NCBI GenBank assembly: GCA_963741945.1
Contig: CAVUKA010000002.1
Span: 1-64,000 of the forward strand
Source: an uncultured Gemmatimonadales bacterium
GTDB taxonomy: Bacteria > Gemmatimonadota > Gemmatimonadetes > Longimicrobiales > RSA9
Direction of reading: 5' to 3'
DNA: 64,000 nt
Shown: in pieces, positions 53,907 to 64,000 of the stretch
Position numbering within the stretch: the first letter of the stretch is position 1
How the letters are laid out: the number at the start of each line of letters is the position of its first letter
Position numbers and translations under genes: made by a program
Notes under the pieces: model-generated
Databases searched by the model: none
What the model was told of the DNA's origin: nothing
What the model saw: only the letters and a program-made list of their open reading frames with translations

Positions 53907-55802
53907 ATGACAGACACTCCCCGCCCGGAGTCCAATTCCAGAGACGCCTTCGACCCCGATGCGGACGCCAGCGTGGCCCGCGAGGCCGGCCGGGATGTGG
54001 CCCGCGAGGCCGGCCGGGATGTGGCCCGCGAGGCCGGCCCGGATGTGGCCCGCGAGGCCGGCCGGGATGCGGCCCGCAAAGCCAGCCGCGACATCGCCCG
54101 CGAAGCCGGTCGCGGTTTCGACCGCCGCACCTTCCTCCGGTCCGCGGCGGTGGCGGGCGGGGGGCTGGCTGTGGCGGGGCCGCTGCTGGCGGCGTCGAGG
54201 CCAGCGGGATCCGCGGCACCGTCCGTTGGCCATGCCGGGGCTGCCGGGGCGACCGGCGTTCCCGGAACCATCGCGGTGATCGGGGGCGGCGGCGTGCCGC
54301 CGTTCGACCTGGAGGAGGTCACCGTGGCCCGGCTGCAGCAGGCCATGCGGAGCGGGGAGTGGACGGCCCGGCAGGTGGCGGAGCTGTACCTGGCCCGGAT
54401 CGAGGCGGTCGACCGGGCGGGCCCCACGCTGCGCGCCGTCATCGAGACGAACCCGGACGCGCTCGCCATCGCGGACGAGCGGGACGCGGAGCGGAAGGCG
54501 GGGAAGGTGCGCGGTCCGCTGCACGGCATCCCGATCATGATCAAGGACAACATCGACACGGGCGACCGGATGCTGACAACGGCCGGATCGCTGGCGCTGG
54601 TGGGGGCGCCGGCGCCGGACGACGCGTTCCTGGTGAAGCGGCTGCGGGATGCGGGCGCGGTGCTGCTCGGAAAGACGAACCTGAGCGAGTGGGCCAACTT
54701 CCGCGGCAACCAGTCGTCGAGCGGGTGGAGCGGGCGGGGCGGTCAGTGCCGCAACCCGAACGTGCTGGACCGGAGCCCGTGCGGCTCGAGCTCCGGGAGC
54801 GGCGCGGCGGTGTCGGCCAACCTGTGCGCCATCGCCATCGGGACGGAGACGGACGGGAGCGTGGTGTGCCCGGCCACGGCCAACGGCGTGGTGGGCATCA
54901 AGCCCACGGTGGGGCTGGTCAGCCGCGACGGCATCGTCCCGATCTCCCACAGCCAGGACACCGCCGGCCCCATGGCGCGCACCGTGGCCGACGCCGCGGC
55001 GCTGCTCACGGTGATGGCGGGCGTTGACCGATCGGACCGGGCCACCGCCGCGGCGACAGGTCACATCGCACAGGACTACACCCGCTTCCTCGATGCGGGC
55101 GCGCTGAAGGGCGCCCGGCTGGGAGCGCTGCGCGGCTCGTTCGCCGGCTACTCCCCGGAGGGCGACCGACTGTACGAGGCCGCGCTGACCGCGCTCCGGG
55201 ACGCGGGCGCCACCGTGATCGACAAGCTCGAGATGCCGCACGATGGCGACTACAACGATGCGGAGTTCACCGTCCTCCTGTACGAGTTCAAGCACGACCT
55301 CAACGCATACCTGGCCGCGCGCACGGGCGTGCCGATCCGGACGCTGGCCGACGCCATCGCGTTCAACAACGAGCACGCCGAGCAGGAGCTGAAGTGGTTC
55401 GGGCAGGAAACGTTCATCCGCGCCCAGGAGAAGGGCGGCCTGGACGAGCAGGAGTACCGGGATGCGCTGGAGAAGTCGAAGCGGATGGCGGGGCCGGAGG
55501 GGATCGATGCGCTCATCGCCGAGCACCAGCTGGACGCCATCATCTGCCCCACGGACAGCCCATCGTGGGCCATCGACCTGGTCAACGGTGACCACTTCCT
55601 CGGCGGCTCCTCGACGCCCGCGGCCGTGGCCGGCTACCCGCACATCACCGTGCCCATGGGCCGCGTGTTCGACCTCCCCGTCGGTCTCAGCTTCTTCGCC
55701 GGCGCCTGGTCCGAGCCCCGGCTCATCGGGCTCGCTCACGCGTTCGAGCAGGCGACGCACCACCGCCGGCCGCCGGCCATGATCCCGACGCTGGAGAGCT
55801 GA
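53907..55802 (+). CDS. Amidase-signature family enzyme with a Tat signal
   Basis: [36 protein letters not shown] and [12 protein letters not shown]. Confidence 0.92.
   Translation: MTDTPRPESNSRDAFDPDADASVAREAGRDVAREAGRDVAREAGPDVAREAGRDAARKASRDIAREAGRGFDRRTFLRSAAVAGGGLAVAGPLLAASRPAGSAAPSVGHAGAAGATGVPGTIAVIGGGGVPPFDLEEVTVARLQQAMRSGEWTARQVAELYLARIEAVDRAGPTLRAVIETNPDALAIADERDAERKAGKVRGPLHGIPIMIKDNIDTGDRMLTTAGSLALVGAPAPDDAFLVKRLRDAGAVLLGKTNLSEWANFRGNQSSSGWSGRGGQCRNPNVLDRSPCGSSSGSGAAVSANLCAIAIGTETDGSVVCPATANGVVGIKPTVGLVSRDGIVPISHSQDTAGPMARTVADAAALLTVMAGVDRSDRATAAATGHIAQDYTRFLDAGALKGARLGALRGSFAGYSPEGDRLYEAALTALRDAGATVIDKLEMPHDGDYNDAEFTVLLYEFKHDLNAYLAARTGVPIRTLADAIAFNNEHAEQELKWFGQETFIRAQEKGGLDEQEYRDALEKSKRMAGPEGIDALIAEHQLDAIICPTDSPSWAIDLVNGDHFLGGSSTPAAVAGYPHITVPMGRVFDLPVGLSFFAGAWSEPRLIGLAHAFEQATHHRRPPAMIPTLES
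53973..54116 (+). repeat. 24-bp in-frame tandem repeat x6 (VAREAGRD)
   Basis: gtggcccgcgaggccggccgggat, four near-perfect and two degenerate units. Confidence 0.9.
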
Positions 55803-55804
55803 GC

Positions 55805-57001
55805 GTGCGCGCGAACATGGATCCGGGCGACATCGCCACCTGCCTCGCCCCGGACCACCCCGGCTCGCCGGACGACCCCGCCGGCACGGGCGGACCCGCC
55901 GCCCCCATGGCCACCCCCATCGTCCAGTCGGCCACGTTCGCGTTCCCCGACTTCGATGCCCTCGTGGCCGGGCTCCGGGACGAGCGCGGCACCACCGTGT
56001 ACTCCCGCGGGCGGAACCCCACGGTGGTGGCGCTGGAGCGGAAGTTGGCGGCGCTGGAGCGGGGCGACGCGTGCACGTGCCACGCGTCGGGCATGGCCGC
56101 CATCAGCGCCGTGCTCCTCGGACTGCTGGAAGCGGGCGACCACGTCGTCTTCGTCAACCACACGTACGGCCCGACGCTGGAGCTGGCGGAGCAGCTTCGG
56201 CGGTTCCGCATCCGCCACGACGTGGTCCTCGATGGCCGGGTCCACGCGGTGGAAGCAGCGCTCCGGCCGGAGACGCGGCTGGTCTGGCTGGAGAGCCCGG
56301 GGACCATGCTCTTCCGCCTGGCCGACGTGAAGGGGATCGCCGCGCTGGCCCGCGATCGCGGGATCACCACCTGCCTCGACAATTCGTGGGCCACACCGCT
56401 ATTCCTCAAGCCGCTGGAGCTGGGTGTGGACGTGGTGGTGCACAGCGCGTCGAAGTACCTGGGCGGCCACAGCGACCTCATGGCCGGCGCCGTGATCGCC
56501 GATGAAGCCCGGATGGCGCGGATCTTCGAGCGCGCCTACATGCTCGTGGGCGGCATCCTGGCCCCGTTCGACGCGTGGCTGCTGCTGCGCGGCCTGAAGA
56601 CGCTGCCCACCCGCATGCGCCAGCACCACGAGGACGGCCTGGCGGTGGCCCGGTTCCTCCGCGACCACCCGGCCGTCCGCGCGGTCCACCATCCCGCGTT
56701 CGACCCGGCCATCGCCCCCGGCGACGCCGGGCTCACCGGCTTCGCGTCCCTCTTCAGCTTCGAGCTCCGGGACGGCAGCTACCACGCGGTTCGCGCGGTG
56801 CTGGACGCGCTGCGCGTCTTCCGCCTGGCCGTGAGCTGGGGCGGAACGGAAAGCCTGGCCATCTCACCCGAGCGGGGCGACAACGGGAGCGCACTGGAGG
56901 CCGCGGGTCTGCCGCGCGGGCTGATCCGGCTCTCCGTCGGGCTCGAGGGCACCGACGCGCTGATCGCCGACCTGGGCCCCGCCCTCGAGGCGCTGGCGTG
57001 A
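55805..57001 (+). CDS. PLP-dependent trans-sulfuration enzyme (cystathionine beta-lyase/gamma-synthase family)
   Basis: YSRGRNPT, SGMAAIS, LDNSWATP, HSASKYLGGHSD and SWGGTESL. Confidence 0.9.
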   Translation: MRANMDPGDIATCLAPDHPGSPDDPAGTGGPAAPMATPIVQSATFAFPDFDALVAGLRDERGTTVYSRGRNPTVVALERKLAALERGDACTCHASGMAAISAVLLGLLEAGDHVVFVNHTYGPTLELAEQLRRFRIRHDVVLDGRVHAVEAALRPETRLVWLESPGTMLFRLADVKGIAALARDRGITTCLDNSWATPLFLKPLELGVDVVVHSASKYLGGHSDLMAGAVIADEARMARIFERAYMLVGGILAPFDAWLLLRGLKTLPTRMRQHHEDGLAVARFLRDHPAVRAVHHPAFDPAIAPGDAGLTGFASLFSFELRDGSYHAVRAVLDALRVFRLAVSWGGTESLAISPERGDNGSALEAAGLPRGLIRLSVGLEGTDALIADLGPALEALA

Positions 57002-58602
57002 CCCGCCCGGGTCCGAGCTCGAATTCGGATCCGGAGGCGACGACGGGGGCGCACGCCCGGGGCCCGCGGCGGCCGGTGCCCACGCTGTTCGAGGCCGCGC
57101 TCCCGATCCTCACGATGCTGGCCCTGTTCGCCGCCGTGGCCCTGGGCCCCGGCTTCCGGGGCGAGCTGCTGGTGGTGGTGCTGCTGGGCGCGACCGCGGT
57201 GGCGGGGCTCGTCGCCCGCCGCTACGGCGTGGGCTGGGACGCCATCCAGGCGGCGACGGGGCGCAAGATCGCGGACGTGCTCCCCGCGCTGCTGATCCTG
57301 CTGGCCATCGGGCTGCTCATCGCCACCTGGATGCTGGCCGGCACCATCCCGTACATGGTGTACTGGGGCGTGCGGCTCATCAGCCCGCGCTATCTGATCG
57401 TCACCGCCTTCCTGGCCACGGCCATGATGTCGCTGTTCACCGGGACATCGTGGGGGTCGGCCGGGACGATCGGGGTGGCGCTCATGGGGACGGCCGCCGC
57501 CCTCGGCGCGCCCGTTGCCGCCACGGCCGGAGCCGTGGTGTCGGGCGCGTACCTGGGCGACAAGATGTCGCCGCTCTCGGACATGACCAACATCGCGGCC
57601 ATCGGGGCCGGCGCGCCGCTGTTCGCTCACATCCGGCACATGATGTACACGGCCACGCCATCGTTCGTGGCATGCCTCGTCGTCTTCACGCTGGCCGGCG
57701 GCTCCGCCGGCGCCGCGCCGCCGGAAGCGGACGCGTTCCTGGCGCAGCTGGAGCGGCTGTTCCGCCTCAGCCCGTTGGTGCTGCTTCCGCCCGTCGTCGT
57801 CCTCTGGGGGATCGTGCGCCGGACGCCGCCAGCGCTGGCCATCACCGCCTCTTCCGTGGTGGCCGTGGGTCTCGGGATCGGGCTCCAGCACTTCCCCGTG
57901 GGCGATGCCCTGGCCGCCGCTGTCTCCGGGTTCCACCACGAGATGCTGGGCCCCGACGGTGCGGCCGGCGCCGCGGTTACGGCCACCGGGGCCGTCGCGT
58001 CCGGGTCCGTGGCCGGGACCGCCGCGCGGGCGGGCGCCGCGACCATGGCGCTCGACCCCCGCGTGGTCACACTGGTGGACCGCGGCGGGTTGTTCAGCAT
58101 GGGGTCCACGCTGGTGATCGTGATTGCCGCGTTCCTCCTGGCGGGAGCCATGGAGAGCTATGGCGCGCTGGAGCGGCTCATCGATGCCATGCTCGGCGCG
58201 GTGCGCGGCGTGTTCGGGCTGATCGCCGCCACCATGGCCGCCGGCGCCACGATGATCGCGCTCACCAGCCATGGCGGCGTGACGGCGCTGGTGGTCGGCG
58301 GCCTCTTCCAGAAAGCGTACGACGAGCGCGGCCTGGCCCGCGTCAACCTCTCCCGCTCCCTCGAGGACTCCGTCACGCTCACCGAGCCGATCATGCCGTG
58401 GACCGTTTCCGCCGTGTTCATGGCGACCACGCTCGGTGTCCCCACCGTCCACTATCTTCCCTGGGCCGTCTTCAACTACGGCGGCCCGATCTTCTCCCTC
58501 ACCATTGCGGCCACCTACCGGCTCACCGGGTTCGGCATCCGGAAAGCGGCGGCCCGACCCCCCGCGGTGGACGTCGCGGCGGCCGACCTGGCATCGAAGT
58601 GA
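56998..58602 (+). CDS. NhaC family transporter
   Basis: GTSWGSAGTIG, SGAYLGDKMSPLSDMTN and LSRSLEDS...PW; GTGA overlap with the upstream gene. Confidence 0.88.
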   Translation: MTRPGPSSNSDPEATTGAHARGPRRPVPTLFEAALPILTMLALFAAVALGPGFRGELLVVVLLGATAVAGLVARRYGVGWDAIQAATGRKIADVLPALLILLAIGLLIATWMLAGTIPYMVYWGVRLISPRYLIVTAFLATAMMSLFTGTSWGSAGTIGVALMGTAAALGAPVAATAGAVVSGAYLGDKMSPLSDMTNIAAIGAGAPLFAHIRHMMYTATPSFVACLVVFTLAGGSAGAAPPEADAFLAQLERLFRLSPLVLLPPVVVLWGIVRRTPPALAITASSVVAVGLGIGLQHFPVGDALAAAVSGFHHEMLGPDGAAGAAVTATGAVASGSVAGTAARAGAATMALDPRVVTLVDRGGLFSMGSTLVIVIAAFLLAGAMESYGALERLIDAMLGAVRGVFGLIAATMAAGATMIALTSHGGVTALVVGGLFQKAYDERGLARVNLSRSLEDSVTLTEPIMPWTVSAVFMATTLGVPTVHYLPWAVFNYGGPIFSLTIAATYRLTGFGIRKAAARPPAVDVAAADLASK

Positions 58603-58688
58603 GCCGGGGGGCTTGACCTCCGCACACGGAACCGCGAGCTTCTGTCTCGGCGAGTACTCCGGCATGTGTCCGGAGCCGGTGACGAAAG

Positions 58689-58717
58689 GACCTGGGCGCT
58701 ATCGCCCGGGTTTTTTT
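58689..58717 (+). terminator. Terminator-like hairpin within the csp 5' leader
   Basis: acctgggcg-ctat-cgcccgggt followed by a T-tract, about 85 nt before the ATG. Confidence 0.65.
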
Positions 58718-58800
58718 GCACACGCCGCGATCAGGTGAGTTCGTGAGGTACGGAGATACCGCTACCCCGAGGCACCAGAACACAGAGGGAGTACGGTATC

Positions 58801-59007
58801 ATGCGTACCAGAGGCACCGTGAAGTGGTTCAACGACGACAAGGGTTTCGGCTTCATCACGCCGGAGACGGGCGGCAAGGACTGCTTCGTTCACCACAGCG
58901 CCATTCAGTCCCAGGGCTTCAAGACCCTGAGCGAGGGGCAGCAGGTGGAGTTCGAGGTCGTGCAGGGCCAGAAGGGCCCCGCCGCTGAGAACGTCGTCGC
59001 GATCTGA
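58801..59007 (+). CDS. Cold-shock protein
   Basis: [15 protein letters not shown]...DCFVHHSAI...KTLSEGQ.VEF...[10 protein letters not shown]. Confidence 0.97.
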   Translation: MRTRGTVKWFNDDKGFGFITPETGGKDCFVHHSAIQSQGFKTLSEGQQVEFEVVQGQKGPAAENVVAI

Positions 59008-59027
59008 CGCCAGTCAGGCGATCGCGT

Positions 59028-59062
59028 GAACGGCCGCCCCGGGCTTCCCGGGGCGGCCGTTC
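59028..59062 (+). terminator. Perfect 16-bp stem hairpin after csp
   Basis: gaacggccgccccggg-ctt-cccggggcggccgttc; no long T-tract. Confidence 0.6.
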
Positions 59063-59126
59063 TGCATCCGGCCGGCTCCGCTTCCCGGCGCCCGGCTCCC
59101 GCTCGGCACAGTCCTCGCATTTCATC

Positions 59127-59540
59127 ATGGCGGCTGAACTCGAAATGACCCGCACTCCGGAGGAACGCATGGAGCCGGTGCCGTACGAGATCCGTGAGGA
59201 GGACGTGGACGAGGTCCTCGACGCCTACGAGCCCACCGGGGGCGGCGCGTGGCCGGAAGACCGTCGACAGGAAGCGCGCGAGCACGTGCTGCGCAACGTA
59301 GTGGACCTGGATGACACCATCCGCTCCGCGTCGGAGGATCCCACCGACGCCCTGGGCGAAGCGGGCGACCGCATGGGCAGCATGTCCGACCGGCCGGGCG
59401 ACCGCTCACCCGCGCGTCGCGAGATGGCGCTCGCCGCCATCGAGGACCTCCTCATCCGGGACGGCTTCATCGACATCGATGATGATGAGGGACGCGCTTT
59501 CCCGGCCATCTCGGAACCGGACACCGAGCACGAGGACTGA
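59127..59540 (+). CDS. Acidic hypothetical protein
   Basis: Open frame with high-GC3 codon usage; no recognised motif. Confidence 0.6.
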   Translation: MAAELEMTRTPEERMEPVPYEIREEDVDEVLDAYEPTGGGAWPEDRRQEAREHVLRNVVDLDDTIRSASEDPTDALGEAGDRMGSMSDRPGDRSPARREMALAAIEDLLIRDGFIDIDDDEGRAFPAISEPDTEHED

Positions 59541-59684
59541 CGGAACCCCTGACGCCGCCTTGCACCCCGTCCGCGGCTCCGCTACATCCGACGCGTTGCG
59601 GGCCGGGGGACGGCGGCGGACCGGTGTGACCGGGCGCCCTCGTTTCGAACGGGCAGCACAACCTGAACCGAGCCGGAAGATCCG

Positions 59685-61338
59685 ATGCGCCTAGTGGAAT
59701 GTGTTCCGAACTTTTCCGAGGGTCGCGACCGGGAGGTCATCGACGCCATTGCCGACAGCATCCGCGCGGTGGACGGCGCCACGCTGCTGGACGTGGACCC
59801 GGGCGAGTCCACGAACCGAACGGTCATGACCATCGTGGGGGAGCCGGACGCGGTGGTGGAGGCGGCGTTCCAGGGGGCGAAGACGGCGTACGGTCTCATC
59901 GACATGCGCCACCAGACGGGTGAGCACCCGCGCATGGGCGCGGTGGACGTGGTCCCGTTCATCCCGGTATCGGACGTCACCATGGAGGAGTGCGTCGAGC
60001 TCGCGAAACGCTTCGGCGAGCGTGTGGGCGAAGAGCTGGGCGTGCCGATCTACCTGTACGAGGAAGCCCAGCCGAACGAGGATCGGAAGGCGCTGGCCCA
60101 GATCCGCCACGGGGAGTACGAGGGGCTGGCGGAGCGGATCGTCGCACCGGAGTGGGAGCCGGACTACGGCCCGGCGGAGTTCGTCGCCAGATCGGGCGCC
60201 ACGGTGACGGGCGCGCGCTTCTTCCTGATCGCGTACAACGTGAACGTGCTGGGCACGCGCAACCAGGCGCACCGCCTCGCGCTGAACGTCCGCGAGCAGG
60301 GCCGCACCGTGAAGGGCCGCGACGGCCAGCCGGTGCAGCAGCCGGGCTACTTCGAGAAAGTGAAGGCCATCGGCTGGGAGCTGGAGGAGTTCGGGATCGC
60401 CCAGGTCTCGATGAACCTCGACAACTACCGCATCACGCCGATGCACGAGGTCTTCGAGGCCATCAGGCGCGACGCGGCGGAGCTGGACGTGGGGATCGCC
60501 GGGAGCGAAGTGGTGGGGCTCGTCCCGCTGGAGGCGATCCTCATGGCCGCCGAGTACTACATGGAGAAGGAGAACCTCTTCATCCTCGGCGAGCGCCAGA
60601 AGGTCCGCCTCGCCATTGACCGTCTGGGGCTCAGCTCCGTCTACCCGTTCGACCCGGACGAGAAGATCATCGAGTACATGATGGACCGGGAGGAGGACGG
60701 CCCGCTGATCCGGAAGACTGTGCGCGGCTTCGTGGAGGCGGTGGGCGCGCGCAGCTCGGCGCCCGGGCGGCGGCTCCGTGGCCGCGCTCATGGGAGCCCT
60801 CGGCGCTGCGCTGGGCGCCATGGTCGGGTGGCTGACGTACGGGCGTCGCAAGTACGAGAAGCTGGACGCGGCCGTCCGCCAGCACCTGCCGCCGCTCGTG
60901 GAGCTGCAGGAGGAGCTGCTCGGCATGGTCGACGCAGACACCGACGCGTTCGCCGACTTCATGGCCGCCATGAAGCTGCCGAAGGAGACGGAGGCGCAGA
61001 AGGAGAAGCGGCGGCAGGCCATGCAGACCGGGCTGAAGAAAGCGACGCTGGTGCCGTTCCACACCATGGAGCTCGTGGACCGCGCCTGGGACCCCATGCT
61101 CCAGCTGGCGAAGATCGGACAATACTCCTCGCGCTCGGACCTGGAGGTGGGGGCGAAAGCGCTGGAGGCGTGCCTGTACGGCGCCCATCGCAATGTCCTG
61201 ATCAACGCCGGTGACATCAGGGACGAGGCGTTCCGGGGTGACCTGGAGGAGCGGGCCGGCGCCCTCATGGAGCGGGGCGAGGCGAAGATGGCGGAGATCC
61301 AGGCGGTGGTGGCGGGGCGGACGGGGGACGCAGTGTAG
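59685..61338 (+). CDS. ftcd: Bifunctional glutamate formimidoyltransferase/cyclodeaminase, one frameshift
   Basis: MRLVECVPNFSEGR and HPRMGAVDVVPF. The conserved APGGGSVAAL is broken by one extra G at ~60766. Confidence 0.9.
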
Positions 61339-61351
61339 CAGGGCCAGTGTA

Positions 61352-61531
61352 GCAGGGCCAGGCTCCAAAATCCACATTCGCGGCGATCAGGGACGGCGAG
61401 GCGAGCTGGGCCGGCGGGAGGTTCGGCCCGTCCACCAGCATGTCCGGGCCGCGCGCTCGGGTCCGCATCGCCAGACCGGGACGGTCGCACGGCTCAACGG
61501 GGCGAATGTGGATTTTGGAGCCTGGCCCTGC
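61352..61531. mobile_element. 180-bp MITE-like element with perfect 30-bp terminal inverted repeats
   Basis: gcagggccaggctccaaaatccacattcgc (61352-61381) and its reverse complement (61502-61531). Non-coding; no clear target duplication. Confidence 0.55.
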
Positions 61532-61584
61532 ACCGCTGCACCGCCCCCTGCCCCCGCGCGCTGCGCCCCGATATACTTGCCGGC

Positions 61585-62730
61585 ATGACTGATACGGCCG
61601 TTACCCCACCCGCCGACTGGCGCCTCGCGATCCCGGAGGAGCGCCGCGCGCACCTGCGCACGTGGTTCTGGGCGGTGGCCGCCATGACGTTCAGCGTCCT
61701 GGTGGTCGGCGGGATCACGCGGCTGACGCACTCCGGGCTGTCCATCGTGGACTGGGACCCGATCCTGGGCGTGATCCCGCCGCTCAACCACCACCAGTGG
61801 CTGGAGGCGTTCGAGCGCTACCAGCAGTTCCCGGAGTACCAGCAGCTGCGCCAGGGAATGACACTGGGGGACTTCCAGTCCATCTTCTTCTGGGAGTACC
61901 TGCACCGCCTGCTGGCCCGCAGCATCGGCCTGGTTTTCCTCCTACCGTTCCTCTTCTTCTGGCTCCGCGGCTACTTCAACCGTCCGCTGGCGACGCGCGC
62001 ACTCGTTCTCTTCGGGCTCGGCCTGGGCCAGGGCGTGATGGGCTGGTTCATGGTGGCCAGCGGGCTGGTGGACCGGCCCAGCGTGAGCCATTTCCGCCTG
62101 GCCGCGCACCTCAGTCTCGCGTTCACCATTTTCGGCTTCTCCGTCTGGATGGCGCGGGAGCTGACCATGACGCCGCTGCGGATGGCCGTGCCGGCGGACA
62201 CGAAGCGTCGCGTGCTGCGGAGAGTGTGGCTGGTGGGCGTCGTCCTGGCGCTCCAGGTGGTGTGGGGCGCGTTCACGGCGGGGCTCAAGGCGGGCCATTA
62301 CGACAACACGTTCCCGCTCATGGAGGGGCACCTCGTCCCGCCCAGCCTCTACTGGCTCCAGCCGACGGTCCTCAACTTCTTTCAGAACCCCGTTGGCGTG
62401 CAGTGGACGCACCGGGTGATCGGGACGCTCCTCCTCCTGGCCGTCATGGGGGCGGCCCTCGCCATGCGACGACCCGGGGTCGACCGCGGCTCCCGGCGCT
62501 ACGCCATGCTCTTCCTCGGCCTCGTGGCCGTGCAGTACCTCCTCGGCATTGCGACCCTCCTCCTGGTCGTGCCCGTCCCCCTGGCGGTGACGCACCAGGC
62601 CACGGCCATGGTGATCTTCGGCGTCTGGGTGTCGTGGCTGCACCACGCGCGCGGGCTCGGAGACGTGAGCGCGGGAGCCGGAGCGGTGAGAACGGGCGCG
62701 CTGCCTTCGCGTCACCCTTTCGCGAAGTAG
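61585..62730 (+). CDS. ctaA: Heme A synthase (COX15/CtaA)
   Basis: [42 protein letters not shown] and HQA. Confidence 0.93.
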   Translation: MTDTAVTPPADWRLAIPEERRAHLRTWFWAVAAMTFSVLVVGGITRLTHSGLSIVDWDPILGVIPPLNHHQWLEAFERYQQFPEYQQLRQGMTLGDFQSIFFWEYLHRLLARSIGLVFLLPFLFFWLRGYFNRPLATRALVLFGLGLGQGVMGWFMVASGLVDRPSVSHFRLAAHLSLAFTIFGFSVWMARELTMTPLRMAVPADTKRRVLRRVWLVGVVLALQVVWGAFTAGLKAGHYDNTFPLMEGHLVPPSLYWLQPTVLNFFQNPVGVQWTHRVIGTLLLLAVMGAALAMRRPGVDRGSRRYAMLFLGLVAVQYLLGIATLLLVVPVPLAVTHQATAMVIFGVWVSWLHHARGLGDVSAGAGAVRTGALPSRHPFAK

Positions 62731-63485
62731 ATGGCGGCCACGACCACGCCGAGGGCCACCACAACACGGCGCAGCGTCTCCGGCTTCACCCGGCTCGCGA
62801 GGCGACCGCCCACCACGCCGCCCACGATGGCGCCCACGGCCATGATGCCCGCGGCGATCCATACCGTCTTGCCCGAGAAGACGAAGAGCAGCGCCGCCGC
62901 GACGTTCACCGCGAAGGACATGACCTGCTTCACCGCGTTCAGCCGCGTCAGGCTCTCGTCGATGGCGAGCCCGAGCACGGCCAGGATGATCACGCTCAGA
63001 CCCGCGCCGAAATAGCCGCCATAGACGGCCGCTACGCCTCCGGCCGCGACCACACCGGCGTCGCGCCCCCGCCCTGTCCCCCGCTCGCCGCCCGCCGTGG
63101 TCCTGGACGCCGCCCACCGCTTCACCGGCTCCTGGATCGCCAGCAGGCCGGACGCGACCAGGATCAGCCACGGCACCAGCGCCCGGAACGTCCCCTCGCC
63201 CGTGTTCAGGAGGAGCAGCCCGCCGGCCAGCCCGCCCACGGCACTCACCGGCAGGAGCAGCCACAGGCGATGATGCTGCCCCCGCAGGTCGCGAAGCTGG
63301 GCCACCGTCGCCCCCAGGTAGCCGGGGGTCAGCGACACCGTGTTGGTGACGTTCGCCGCCACGGGCGGGACCCCGACGGCGAGGAGCACGGGGAAGCTGA
63401 TGAGCGTGCCGCCGCCGGCAAGCGCGTTCACCGCCCCCGCGGCCGCGGCCGCCAGCCCCACCAGCAGAAGATCCAGGCCGCCCAT
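62712..63485 (-). CDS. TauE/SafE sulfite exporter family protein
   Basis: [16 protein letters not shown]...ANVTN...YGGYFGAG. Confidence 0.9.
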   Translation of the reverse strand: MGGLDLLLVGLAAAAAGAVNALAGGGTLISFPVLLAVGVPPVAANVTNTVSLTPGYLGATVAQLRDLRGQHHRLWLLLPVSAVGGLAGGLLLLNTGEGTFRALVPWLILVASGLLAIQEPVKRWAASRTTAGGERGTGRGRDAGVVAAGGVAAVYGGYFGAGLSVIILAVLGLAIDESLTRLNAVKQVMSFAVNVAAALLFVFSGKTVWIAAGIMAVGAIVGGVVGGRLASRVKPETLRRVVVALGVVVAAIYFAKG

Positions 63486-63605
63486 CGCAGTCGACTCCGT
63501 CGATCGGGCCCACACCCACCCCCCGGGACACCGGCAACCTAAACCGCCGTCCCCCCCGTCGCACGCCCTACCCGCCCCACCCGCCCCCGCCTTACCTTTG
63601 CCCCC

Positions 63606-64000
63606 ATGCAACCGCTGCCGAGCCTCACCGCCGAACGTTATCTCCAGCCGCTCCGCGAGGGCGGCTCCCTTCCCGCGGTGGTGGACACCGATCACGGGCT
63701 TTTCGTCGCCAAGTTCAGGGGTGCCGGCCAGGGCCCGCGGGCGCTGATCGCGGAGCTGGTGGTGGGCATCGTCGCCCGCGAGCTCGGACTGCCGGTGCCC
63801 GAGCCGGCGGTCATCGTGCTGCCGCCGGGACTCGGCGACGACCAGCCGGACCCGGAGATCCGGGAGCTGCTGGACCGCAGCCGGGGCGTCAACATGGGGC
63901 TCCGCTACCTCGACGGCGCCTTCAACTTCGACGTCCATGCCGCCGGGGACCTGATCGCTGCCGAGCTGGCCGCGGACGTGGTCTGGCTGGATGCGTTCGT
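63606..64000 (+). CDS. HipA-like kinase (partial, runs off the window; absent from the ORF track)
   Basis: Manual translation: [51 protein letters not shown]...LGLPVP...DPEIRELL...VWLDAF. Confidence 0.8.
   Translation, partial: MQPLPSLTAERYLQPLREGGSLPAVVDTDHGLFVAKFRGAGQGPRALIAELVVGIVARELGLPVPEPAVIVLPPGLGDDQPDPEIRELLDRSRGVNMGLRYLDGAFNFDVHAAGDLIAAELAADVVWLDAF

Noticed and set aside
60760-60780. Programmed frameshift in ftcd
   Set aside because: A single extra G in a short G/C run inside a conserved motif, with no slippery heptamer. Sequencing error is more likely.

Overview
High-GC bacterial chromosomal window. The protein content (Ig-repeat lipoproteins, an ELKRRRV membrane module, hybrid kinases) suggests Gemmatimonadota or a similar lineage; this is inference only. 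Bases 1-10.5 kb are a defence/mobile hotspot. It holds a lower-GC disrupted Rad50/RloC-like ATPase with an unannotated 59-aa partner ORF, a SauUSI-like PLD-helicase-DUF3427 enzyme with a second diverged copy of its C-terminal domain, HigBA, an inverted-repeat-flanked GxxExxY nuclease, a DUF4160/DUF2442 pair and a PafB/PafC-like WYL pair. Both toxin-antitoxin-type pairs sit between diverged duplicates of the 3' end of the neighbouring gene. The middle has a LuxR/flavoprotein pair, a DEAD-box helicase, a MATE transporter and a 13-kb operon of four multi-GAF histidine kinases with a response regulator, a degenerate cyclase and a membrane hybrid kinase. AddAB-like and YhaO/YhaN-like (Mre11/Rad50-type) repair operons converge at 39-51 kb. 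The most notable signal is a shared TGTC(A/C)CAC-N8-(T/C)ANNNT promoter motif, with the spacing of the mycobacterial PafBC promoter, upstream of addB, yhaO and pafB itself. This suggests a WYL-driven DNA-damage regulon. The right end is mostly metabolic and housekeeping genes. Several genes have single-base frameshifts that may be assembly errors.
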